Below, in pieces: positions 11,305-21,897 of a DNA stretch of 32,950 bases (positions within the stretch are counted from its first letter, which is position 1; every line of letters begins with the position of its first letter). A program made the position numbers and the translations under genes. Source of the DNA: Catajapyx aquilonaris. Its lineage: Eukaryota. A model generated the notes under the pieces. That model had not been told where the DNA came from. It did not search any database and saw nothing but the letters and a program-made list of their open reading frames with translations. The stretch spans positions 1-32,950 of the forward strand of contig JYFJ02004347.1 of the NCBI GenBank assembly GCA_000934665.2, read 5' to 3'.

Positions 11305-14019
11305 ATGGGGTCGTGTGCAATCGCGACGTGCCAAAATTATTCCAGAATAACAAAAAGGAAAGGTTTGGCGGTATCCTAGTTCACATTTCCCAAGGACCCT
11401 GACATCAGACGCGAATGGATGAGGAGGTGCAAACGTGCTGATTACCTCAATCCTGACACGGCCAGAATTTGCTCTGTCCATTTTGCCGAGGATGATTTGG
11501 AACGGGATCTAATGAGCGAATTGATGGGGACTCCAGCTACGAAGAAATTAAAAGCAGGCGCGATCCCGAGTCTGTTCCTGGTGCCTTTATCCAGCACTAC
11601 TGAAGCAATAGCTCCATCCGCCGGTACATCGTCCGACAGGGACAGTCTGTTGACAGGTGAGGCAGGCCCAGGGACATCAGAACCAGAGGCAGCCCCAGGG
11701 ACATCCATGCAGGGGAGATATGAAAGGCGACAGTGTAGGAAGCGTGCTTTAAGTAGGCTGGAAGAGCTATCGCCGAAGAAAAGAAGGACAAGAGATTCAT
11801 CTACATATGAAAAGAAGGAAACAGAGCGTCAACAAGAAGTAGCTGCCTTACAGTTTCAAGTGGCTACCCTGCAGAAAAAAATTGATGCCCAGGAGAAGCG
11901 CCATTTTGCCACAGTAAAAGCCCTGAAGTTGGAAATCAACACTCTCAAAGCATCCCACCGCAAACAAGAAAAGGAGGCAAAATTGGGTGCCATGCAAGAG
12001 GTCCACAAAATCCTGGAGCGGGTGTTTACACCAGGGCAAATAAAGCGCCTAATACAAGGAACCAAACGGGTAAAGTGGTGTAAAGAAGACATAATTGGAG
12101 CGCTGTCCCTTAGAAGCCTGAGCAAAAAGGCGTACATATTTTTAAGGGAAAAAAGAAATGTCCCCCTACCCGGTTTAACAACACTCAGGCAGTGGACTCG
12201 GTCCTTTCAATGCCATCCTGGACTATTGACCGCAGTTCTAGATGTCCTCAAGGGAAGTCAACTGCATCCAGATGTTTTCAGCCGTCGTTGCGTCCTATCC
12301 TTCGACGAAATGAACATAGATTCGAGGCTTGCCTACGATCATGAGAGCGACACTATTTTTGGACCACACAAAAATGTGCAAGTAGTCATGATCCGGGGAT
12401 TGCATTCCAACTGGAAACAAGTTGTGTACTACGCCTTCGATGAGACCATGGAGCAGAAGGTGTTAGAGGGAGTCATTTCAGCAGTAGAAGGTGCAGGATA
12501 CCATGTGGTGGCTTGCGTTAGTGACTTGGAGGGCAAGAACGCTCGCGTTTGGAACGCCCTCAATGTGACACCTACAAGTCCGTCATTTCCAAACCCCCAT
12601 GATCCTGCCAGAAAAGTGTGGGTGTTTGCAGATGCCCCCCATCTGCTGAAGCTCATCCGCAATCACTTCCTGGATGACGGGTTCATTTTACCCAGTGGAA
12701 GGAGAATAGGGAAGGATATTGTAAATCGACTCCTGGAGCAGGATAATGAGGAACTGAGGATTTGTCATCACATTCGTGATGATCACGTTCTTGTGTTCCA
12801 CCGTGACAGGCAGCGGGTGAGATTGGCCGCCCAATTATTTTCAAATCGGACTGCAGTTGCAATCACTTACCTTTTTCCGGAAGAAGTGGAGGTGTCCAAC
12901 TTTTTCCGCCTGGTGAACAATTACTTCGATGTTTTCAACTCGCGAATCCCAAATGACAGAAAATGCCCACTTAGGAGCGCTTACGGAAAATGTACTGAAC
13001 AAGTCCCAGTCTTACAGGACATGGCACGCACCTGCCGTGAACTTCACGTGGTCGGCCATAAGTCCATGCTGCCTTTTCAGCGCGGGATAGTCCAATCTAT
13101 CAATTCACTCAGGGGCCTTCAGGAAGACTTGCAGGGCACGTCCACTGCAACATACATTCTGACAGCGCGGCTCAACCAAGATGTCTTGGAGAACTTTTTT
13201 ACTCGAGTGCGTGGTTTGGGACATACTTATGACAATCCCCATCCAAGTGAGTTTAAGAACCGCTTGCGACTGCTGTTGTTGGGTGTTAATGCCAGTGATG
13301 TCCCATTAAGTGCCAGTGTGAGCGCACCAATTGATGAAGATGCTGTGGAGGAGGGGCCTTTGCTGACGGGCAGGATCCTCAAGTCTGGAGTTGATCCTCA
13401 ATTCCAAGAACTAATTAAGTCCGAAGAAGAACGCTGCGAGAAGTTGCTGGTGGACGACTTGGCGCAAGAATTGGGGATCATAATGACAGAGGCTGATACG
13501 ACCACCAGTGCGACCACCAGTGCGACAGTGGCAGACGTTCAGCCTCTTGGGCCGAAAGAGAAGGATTGCTCAATGGAAGGCTTGAAGTATCTTGCCGGCT
13601 ACATAGCTTTTCGTGCACGCAAGGTAGACAGCACTCTCGGGTTGAGGACCAGCCAGCGAAGTGGATCAAATAAACCACGGGACACCTGGATAGACGTAAT
13701 TTCAAAGGGGGGATTGTACAAGCCGAGGGAATGGTGGCTGGAAACTGTGCGGCAGTTTGAGGTGGTTTTTTGGACAGTTCATGGCAACTTTGCCTCAAAG
13801 CAAAATCACATCATCCGATTCCTCCGCGAACTGTTACAAAAAAAGTTCCCCAGGCTACACCCCGAAATTATCAGGCTCTACTCCAGGACCAGAACATTCA
13901 TCAGGATTCGTCACCTCAATGCGAGAGCAAGGAAACTGGCGGCGGCGAAGCGAGACGCAAAGAAGGCAAGGAAGTGGGCCCAATCTAGCAAGGCCCACCC
14001 ACCTGGACGGCAACAGTAA
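11305..14019 (+). pseudogene. THAP-domain P-element transposase (904 codons) with one in-frame TAG at codon 25; 866-aa ORF from 11419 remains open
   Basis: MGSCAIATCQN...AVS*FTFPKDP...W...ARICSVHF...LKAGAIPSLF (THAP C2CH), then a coiled coil, LPGLTTLRQW, catalytic-type motifs LSFDEM / VSDL / FADAPHLLKLIRN / LNQDVLENFF, QRVRLAAQLFS and C-terminal YLAGY. Confidence 0.93.
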
Positions 14020-14305
14020 TAGATGAAGTGAGTACCTGGCATATATACCTTGAAGGAGCATGAATAGTACATAGTGGTTAGTACTTGAATATTCTGGACT
14101 AGAAGGGTAGGCGCGAGCGAATCTTTCCCATGCGGAGAGCCTGAAATTCAAAGGGCCCGCCACATTTTGCTTTCTCGACGCGTCATCACCCCCCTCTTCG
14201 CTGATTGGTTAGCGCCCGGAGCGCCCTACCTGGGCAATTCTATATACTTTGCCCACACCTGCAGAAAAAAAGGAGCGGCCCACCTAGGTCCGTCTTCATG
14301 TCTCA

Positions 14306-14365
14306 GGTATAGGCTAGTATATAGGCTAGTATATAGGCTAGTATATAGGCTCAGTATCAGGCTAG
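14306..14365. repeat. 12-bp minisatellite (GTATATAGGCTA) about 4 copies
   Basis: Directly visible tandem repeat in the centre of the host palindrome. Confidence 0.85.
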
Positions 14366-15286
14366 GTGGAGATACCTCCCCGTTTTCTGGGTGTCAATAG
14401 CGTAAAACTAGGTGCATAGAATATACACTACAAGATGAGCCTAATTTTTGTCGCTTGGGTTGTGGGGCTACTCAGGGTAACCTTGAACAGGTGCTTTTAT
14501 CTACCATCGCACCATCGCAAAGAAAGCAGGAACTCATGCTCTGAAACGAAAGTTTGCACAGTAGCAGACCAAGTTTTTTTGGAACTATATTTCTTGAGTG
14601 AATTAAACACAAAGGACAAGCGTACACTATACCTGAGACATGAGACAGACCTAGGTGGGCCACTCCTTTTTTTCTGCAGGTGTGGGCACTCGCGCAGCGC
14701 TCCACGTCAGTACCTACAGCTCCGTAACCATTTCGTATTCCAAAATTCCGTTTGTATCACTGATAGAGGACACTGTGAGGTGTATTTTGATATCAATGTA
14801 ATGACATTTGACTTTGGCTCTTTTTTGAAAATGGCATTTGTTTGCAAAAATCTCGATTTTTGACATGAATTTGCACAGCTGTCGTAAAGTTAATATTTTT
14901 GTCAGAAAGAGGAGACAATTTCACGCATGAAACATGTATTACATCATGCATTTATGTTGTCATGTAAATGTAATAGGGGGTCGCCTCTGAGATCCAAGCG
15001 CAATTAGCGCCTGTAGATAGGCAACCACGCATCGGCGGACCAAATCCTTATGGGAAAGGTCATAACTTGACCTGGACTAAGACATATCCCACACTCGTCG
15101 ACGGACAAATTTTTTCGTGCAAAAGGTGATCACGTTCACGTGGAATTGCCCATCCGCAGTGTGTTGTTTGGACTTCATGCACATGCAATATGCTCCATGT
15201 TACAGGTATGCCAACATTGAATAGCCATAATTATTTCAAAGGTAACTACCAAATCAATGAGTTACTCCTATGGAAAAGTATTTCAT

Positions 15287-15316
15287 AACCCGAGCAACGC
15301 CGGGTATCCTGCTTGT
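15287..15316 (+). mobile_element. Helitron-like 3' end
   Basis: acccgagcaacgccgggt hairpin followed a few nt later by CTTG|T (canonical CTRR|T). The 5' end was not identified. Confidence 0.45.
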
Positions 15317-17617
15317 GACTAATTATTTCCAACCACAGAGGTTTTTATTGCCATATTTGGAGACACCGGTTGCTATGCTACCAGCTCGTTTTTTCCTCTC
15401 TTGATGCAATGGGGAAGTAGCCTTGGTCTGGGATTTGGGATTTTTGTTCATAACTAGCTAGCCCAGGCCTGTAAACCCACATTCCATCACTCTGTTGCAT
15501 CAAAATGACATTACTGGATAAATTACGGCACATTTAAAAGTGCCTTCAAAATTGGCGGGAAAAACGGGGCGGCCGGGTGGTGCCAATCGAAAGGGTACAC
15601 TGAAATGGCTGGTTGACTGCGAGATATGAGGAATTTGACTTTGAATTAACCGCGGACACGACGGAAAGCATTCGCAAGGCGGCTGTAGGCCATCGAGGTG
15701 GAGAAAAGGGGCCTTCATGTGCCGAATTCGGGTGACAGATAATTCCTACCAGTTGGCACCACTGTCAGCCCAGAAGCGGTTTGAGCGGCCTGGAATAAAT
15801 ACGCGCCCCGGCCGCTATCTTGCTCACGGAATGGGACGGTTTCTAACAACAGCGAAGCATTTTACGACAATGACGGGGCGCGTTCTATAACACCATTTTT
15901 GCGTTCATTTCACTTCGCGTGACGTCAACATTTTCTAGGCAAACAGTGACGTCACCATTTGCCTAAGAAAAAACGCCAATATCTCCGGAACTGAAACTGA
16001 TATCTTAAAACGGAATATGCCAAAAAAAATCCAAAAAATATGGGCGAATTTATTATGTAGTTTCCAAAATGAAGGCTACTTCCTCATTATAAGCTTTTTG
16101 CAGCAGCAGCTCTGTCTTATCTGTACTTTTGCCTGTTTGAACTGCCGTTGTGAGATGCCAGATGAAGCAATGGGGACGTTCCGCCCTTGTGGATAACCGT
16201 TAATTTCCAGCATTGTCCTCGTTGGTAATATACATCACTAATATATTCACAGGTAGTGCCATCCTTTTGGCTTTAATTTTTTTTAGAAGCTGCTCTATGC
16301 AAATGGACCACTGTACTCCGATGCCTGGAGCACAGTGGTCCACAAGTGATTGGGACCCATAATTCACACAAGAATGTTTTTTTTTTTGTTTTTAAGAAAA
16401 TTGTACATCTAACGCTAACCCCTCTAAATAAATAGGAAAAAAGAAAGGGGGGCCTTCTTTTACTGCAACGTGTGAACATAAAGTGAAACATCGTTTCTCT
16501 CCGGAATATAGACTTTGTTCTGCCACATCCATTGCTGAATGAACTTTATTTCATAATAGTGTCTGTCAAATCCATTAGCATAAAATCCTATGATGACATT
16601 AATTACTATACAGAGGTAAAAGGGGGCATGGTCATCCACAAAGAGGTGCTCACTGGTCCATGGACTACTGTGCCCCAGACGGGAGCAACTGATATGATGT
16701 TAATAATCATAGATTCCATTGCAAATGACGTTTCCAACTTTCCAGCATTTATGGGCAAAGGATGACACTATTCTGCAACATTTTTACATCAGGCCCATGC
16801 CCAGCATCTATGTCCGACATGGCATTTAAACTGTAGGTAAGAAGTTACTTCACTACCCTTCAAATAGCTTTCCCCTGATGCAGCAGGAGTGAAGGCATCT
16901 CACAGGTGGCTGTCATGTTGGCAAGAAGCACAATAGTGCCTTGTTTCACGAGGTACCAGATGAAGATGTTATTCCCAGTTCTTATATTTTCAAAACAGAA
17001 AGAACCACTGTGTCCCACTTTCCCCTACATACTGTAATAATAGCAAGAATAAAACCTGCACCCATCCAGCCTTTCGTCTTTCGACAAATATTTTGGCGGA
17101 AGTGGTCATTTGGAAGAATTTATTGTCCTTTGGAGAATTGTTTGGAGAATTTGAGAGAATTTTCCTTTGGATGACAATTTTGTTGGACAAATTGTCCATG
17201 AGCAAAATTTCATTCCACAAGATGTCATTAGATGAAAGTAGTTTGGAAAAAGCGATATGATACTCCCTACTCATCACAAACCCTTAAAAAATCAATCATG
17301 TTAACCGTGCAAGGGTCTGAGCCTTGGTAACTATTGCATTTTAGACATTCTCTTCAGCCACCATAGCTGCTCACAACCATGTGACCATCTTGTGAACCAT
17401 CACACTCATAGTAAAACCAATAAATCCAATCCACATATAGATGGATTGGTTTCTTGCAAATTAACCACTACTATCAAATAGTTCACAATAATTCGGGAAA
17501 TAATGATTCAGTGACTTCCATTGGGCGAAAATGCAATTCAGCAAATGCACTGTTTGAGGTGTTGGAAATTACATGAAAAAAAATAATAGACTTATGGATC
17601 AGATAGAAATGTAGTAC

Positions 17618-18099
17618 GGGAGATCGGGGTCGGTTGTAACACTTTTTAGTCTGGATTTTTAAATTTAGTTACATATGCATTTAGGCAAAGGTTTATGACA
17701 CTGTGGAAATAAGGCAACATTCCTCTTTGTAAAATTAACATTATAAAATCTTAAGGAGGGCAGGCGGAGTGGTGCTGCAGTAACGTATGCGCCCACGGAT
17801 GTTAAGGTCCCGGTTTCGATCCCAGCCCGGGGACACCCCCTTCATCTCGTGCAGAGTTCAGGGTCACCTCTGGCTTCGTCTGGGGTGGTATTTCCAACAG
17901 ACTAAACCACCCGGGGGAGTTCACTAAAAATGGCCACATAATGACATTGCACTGCACCTTGCACATCCCCTCCTGTCACCCTGCCCGTGGGCCCGGGCGC
18001 TACGTCATCAGGTCCAATGTATACTGTATATGAGTAATAATAAAGGTCCGTGCCATATAACTCGTAAGGAGTTCGTGCACTACCCGGATTATTATTATG

Positions 18100-18161
<62 letters not shown>

Positions 18162-18285
18162 ATCTTAAGGTTAAAAATTGATAGGTTTATGAATATTTTC
18201 CCAAGGCAAGGCAGTGTTACAACCGACCCCATCATAGGGGCGGTTGTAACAGAGGGCGGGGTTGCTTGTAACACAATGTCTGAAG
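17618..18285 (+). mobile_element. Left end of a TA-flanked pogo/Tc1-like element, interrupted by a SINE
   Basis: TA|cgggagatcggggtcggttgtaacac, with the same motif repeated (inverted and direct) at 18215-18274. A similar architecture is seen at 8183 / 16300-16345 (gcacagtggtcca). Confidence 0.55.
17757..18159 (+). mobile_element. tRNA-derived SINE (family B) with (ATT)n tail and 11-bp TSD
   Basis: B box-like ggtttcgatccc at ~17812; (ATT)n at 18088-18159; TSD aaatcttaagg at 17746-17756 and 18160-18170. Shares acattgcac...tgcac with family A. Confidence 0.85.
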
Positions 18286-19114
18286 GGGGAAATGTAATAT
18301 GGAAGAACAATTTACGGATAAGCTATTGTTTATCCGCACGTTAACAACAAGGCCTCCCGACGGTTGGCAACGTTGCGTCGCAAACAATCGGGTCCCTATT
18401 GATACTGCTGCATGGATACATGGAACTGTGCTTTATTTTTCTTTTTGGGCTTTTGGTGATTCAATTCTGGATTTTGAGGTGATTAAGTGGATGGAATAGC
18501 CCTTTGTCTTGGTATTGCTGTGTGGCTTTTTGTTATCGCAACAGTACTGTACATTGTTGAGGCCCTGCCAGGCACGGTACGTCGCCCGTGCATGATATTT
18601 TTTTGTTTTTGCGGAGCGAAAGCGGAGCTGGGCGCTTATTGTGGGTTTCTGTATCCGCAACATTTACTGTCCGTCTTGTGGCGCCGCAGGCCAACGAACG
18701 TTATTGTGGCTTTGCCAAGCGCGAAGTACACCTTCACACAGTCCGTTAAACCAACGAACTACATGACGCCAAGTTCCGCCCGCCACCACCCGGCTCTCCC
18801 CTCCAATCACGCCCACGACTCACTCTGCAGGCACACTACTGCACACGCTCAGAAAACACGGCTGGTGTGACATCATATTGTTTTTTGGGTTAACGGACTG
18901 CAGCAACCATCATGGCTTTCATATATCCCACCTTCATTAATTCTGTGGTCCTAGCACTCGTCTGAACGGTTCGCGTGGCAGGGGTAAGAAGACGCCCATT
19001 GTTATGCTCTCCCGGCAACCGGTTGTTTGCATAGCCAACATGTTTGAAGCACCGCGTCGCTATGTGCGGATAAACGATAGACTTTCCCAATTTACACCCA
19101 CTCATCTTCTAGAC

Positions 19115-19330
19115 CAGAGGCTCCCAAACTTTTTGAGTCGCGGAGCACTTTTCAGGAGAGATATTCGTGACGGAGCACTAACATCATTGAGCTGCGGAGG
19201 CATAAAAAATTTCGGGAGGCAAGGGGGGGGGGGGGGGAAGGCAGNGCAGTGCCAAATTAGGAACTCGGAAGGCGAAGGGCTGCCGCAGGCGAAAATTTTT
19301 TGGGTTCAAGATCACACAAGCTACTGAGAT
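19115..19330 (+). mobile_element. hAT (Charlie-type) left end
   Basis: TTCTAGAC|CAGAGGCTCCCAAACTTTTT: NTCTAGAN-type target and CAG..G.TCCCAAAC terminus. The right end was not found. Confidence 0.6.
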
Positions 19331-19676
19331 ATATACAGGGTGATCCAACTCTATGGCACCAACAGTTATTGGAAATATCGCGTAAGCTGCTTGTTTATAA
19401 GCAGGTCGTTGCTAAGAGATACTTTCTGGAGAATCGGGAATAGCACCTGCTGATATTAGGTCCAGTGCCCATGTAACAATATTACTGAGGGGAAAAAGGG
19501 TCATCCGTGGGAAACGGGCCTGTTCTGGTGTTCGCTGGAGGGTTTCACATGAGGTCACTAGCTGCCAAACCACAGGCCTAATCAGTCGGAACTGGACAGA
19601 CCCGGGTGTGTCAATAAATAGGCCTTCTGGTCTGTTCATTGTTGGCCGCTGTTGGCAAAACTGAGACAGGTCAACA

Positions 19677-21422
19677 CAGGGTATATAGAAGGAAGGGTAG
19701 AGCCATAACGGGCTGGGCCAATTATAGCGCAGCAGTATGTGACGTCACCGGGATGACAAAATTTCCCGCCAATTATGAAAGACAGGCTCTGGGCATTGGG
19801 CAACGGGCTTGTGCCCGCTTGTGCCTGCGATTAGAGACTGAAACTCAGGTGATGTGCCATTGTACGATGTATTCTGATTGAAGGGAATGTGCTCAGTACT
19901 CACCTCTCACTGTCGCCCACCACCTGGGCACGAATGAAGGTCGGATTGGACCCACTTCCGAGCCTTCTTTGCGTCGCCTCGCCGCTGCCCGTTTCTTCGC
20001 TCCTGCATTCAGATGGCGAATGCGAATAAATGTCCTGGTCCTGGAGTACAGCCTGATCACTTCAGGGTGGATGCTGGGAGACTTCTTTTGCAGCAATTGG
20101 CGAAGCAACAGAATCACACGCTGTTCTTTTGAGGCGAAATTGCCGTGAATAGTCCAGAACACCACCTCAAATTGTCGCACAGTTTCCAGCCACCATTCAT
20201 TAGGTTGGTATAAGCCCCCCTTTGAAATCACGTCAAGCCAAGTGTCGCGAGGTTTGGACCCACTCTGTTGACTGGTTCTTATGCCGAGTGTTTGATCTAC
20301 TTTTCTTGCTCGGAAAGCGATATAACCAGCAAGGTATCTCATGCCTTCGTTGGAGCAATCCTTTTCTTTGCGGCCAATAAGAGGCGTAACTACCTCCACT
20401 GAGCCATTGGTGATATCACTGGAGTCAGATACTCTGCTCTGCTTCTGCTCGGAGTCAATGCTGCCGATGTCCCCCTGAGCGCATCAGTTAGTGCACCAAA
20501 TGACGAAGCGATGGAGGATTCAGGGCCTTTGCTGACTCGTAAAGTGCTCCGATGTGGTGTAGACCCCAATTTGATTGTAACAATTGAGGCTGAGGAAGAA
20601 AATCGTAGCTTCTTTGAGGTGGACGACACAGCTAAAGAGTTGGGCATCACAGTATCAGACTCCAGTGATATCACCAATGACTCAGTGGAGGTAGTTACGC
20701 CTCTTATTGGCCGCAAAGAAAAGGATTGCTCCAACGAAGGCATGAGATACCTTGCTGGTTATATCGCTTTCCGAGCAAGAAAAGTAGATCAAATAACACT
20801 CTGCATAAGAACCAGTCAACAGAGTGGGTCCAAACCTCGCGACACTTGGCTTGACGTGATTTCAAAGGGGGGCTTATACCAACCTAATGAATGGTGGCTG
20901 GAAACTGTGCGACAATTTGAGGTGGTGTTCTGGACTATTCACGGCAATTTCGCCTCAAAAGAACAGCGTGTGATTCTGTTGCTTCGCCAATTGCTGCAAA
21001 AGAAGTCCCCCAGCATCCACACTGAAGTGATCAGGCTGTACTCCAGGACCAGGACATTTATTCGCATTCGCCATCTGAATGCAGGAGCGAAGAAACGGGC
21101 AGCGGCGAGGCGAGGCGACGCAAAGAAGGCTCGGAAGAATAGTGGGTCCAATCGGGCCTTCATTTGCACCCAGGTGGTGGGCGACAGTGAGAGGTGAGTA
21201 CTGAGCACACTCCCTTCAATCAGAATACATCGTACAATGGCACATCACCTGAGTTTCAGTCTCTAATCGCAGGCACAAGCGGGCACAAGCCCGTTGCCCA
21301 ATGCCCAGAGTCTGTCTTTCATAATTGGCGGGAAATTTTGTCATCCCGGTGACGTCACATACCGCTGCGCTATAATTGGCCCGGCCTGTTACGGCGCTAC
21401 CTGTAGGTTTCTATATACTTTG
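19677..21422. mobile_element. Non-autonomous foldback P element made of two inverted transposase 3' ends
   Basis: TSD GGTCAACA at 19669-19676 and 21423-21430; termini CAGGGTATATAGAA / TTCTATATACTTTG. Arms 19677-20433 and 20651-21422 both encode EGMRYLAGYIAFRARKVD...WWLETVRQFEVVFWT...RTRTFIRIRHLN, homologous to the C-terminus of the 11305-14019 transposase. Confidence 0.94.
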
Positions 21423-21594
21423 GGTCAACAGGCAGCGTTCTTTAGTTACCAGTAAATAAATAGTTCATGTAGAGTCAGGACATGCCTTACTCAGGGGGCC
21501 TGTTCGAGGGCCGCCCAAGGGCTTCTAGGGTTCTAACAGTACAGTCTGCATTGGGCATTCTCTCATTAATTGGTACATGCATGGGCATTGGACC

Positions 21595-21844
21595 CAAAGA
21601 GTTCTGCTATTATATAATATAATACCTAGAGGAGGTACTAGCCCTATCCTTTTCCATTAGACAGGCTGAGGCAGCGGCCATCTTGTTGGAGGTAATATTG
21701 TTGTTCTAACAGTTGTCTAGCAACTGGGACGACAACCGTTAATGACAACTGGGACGACAATTAGTTCAATAATGTCAGGCATCCGCCATTGTGTTGGAGG
21801 TAATATTGTTGCCTGCCTCACATTTCAGCCCGAGTGCCTCCTCT

Positions 21845-21885
<41 letters not shown>

Positions 21886-21897
21886 CAGAACGCTTTG
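21595..21897. mobile_element. 303-bp P-type MITE with (TA)n inside its inverted ends
   Basis: TSD ATTGGACC at 21587-21594 and 21898-21905; CAAAGAGTTCTGCTAT...ATAGCAGAACGCTTTG; inner IR atacctagaggagg.act. Confidence 0.85.

Larger units (their letters stand above)
10453..14251 (+). mobile_element. Full-length P-superfamily DNA transposon with ~260-bp TIRs
   Basis: TSD CCCACACC at 10445-10452 and 14252-14259; termini CAAAGTATATAGAA...TTCTATATACTTTG; TIRs 10453-10712 and 13993-14251. The empty site is seen once in the opposite arm of the host palindrome. Confidence 0.96.
9975..15151. mobile_element. Long-TIR non-autonomous DNA element (~1.37 kb without the nested P element); GGG termini, superfamily uncertain (Sola-like?)
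   Basis: gggccaattccacgtgaacgtgatcacc...ggtgatcacgttcacgtggaattgccc. Left arm 9975-10452 plus 14260-14310 pairs with ~14628-15151. Flanking (c)atc occurs on both sides. Confidence 0.85.
8435..16210. repeat. Diverged ~115-bp inverted-repeat pair (8435-8555 / 16101-16210), probable ends of an old element enclosing the nest
   Basis: gcttcatctggca...cagttcaaacagg.aaaagtac.gataagacagagctgctgctg recurs reverse-complemented at 16101-16170. Confidence 0.65.

Noticed and set aside
17080..17250. Degenerate ~15-bp periodic repeats, superficially array-like
   Set aside because: No constant repeat with unique spacers; eukaryotic TE-type minisatellite, not CRISPR.
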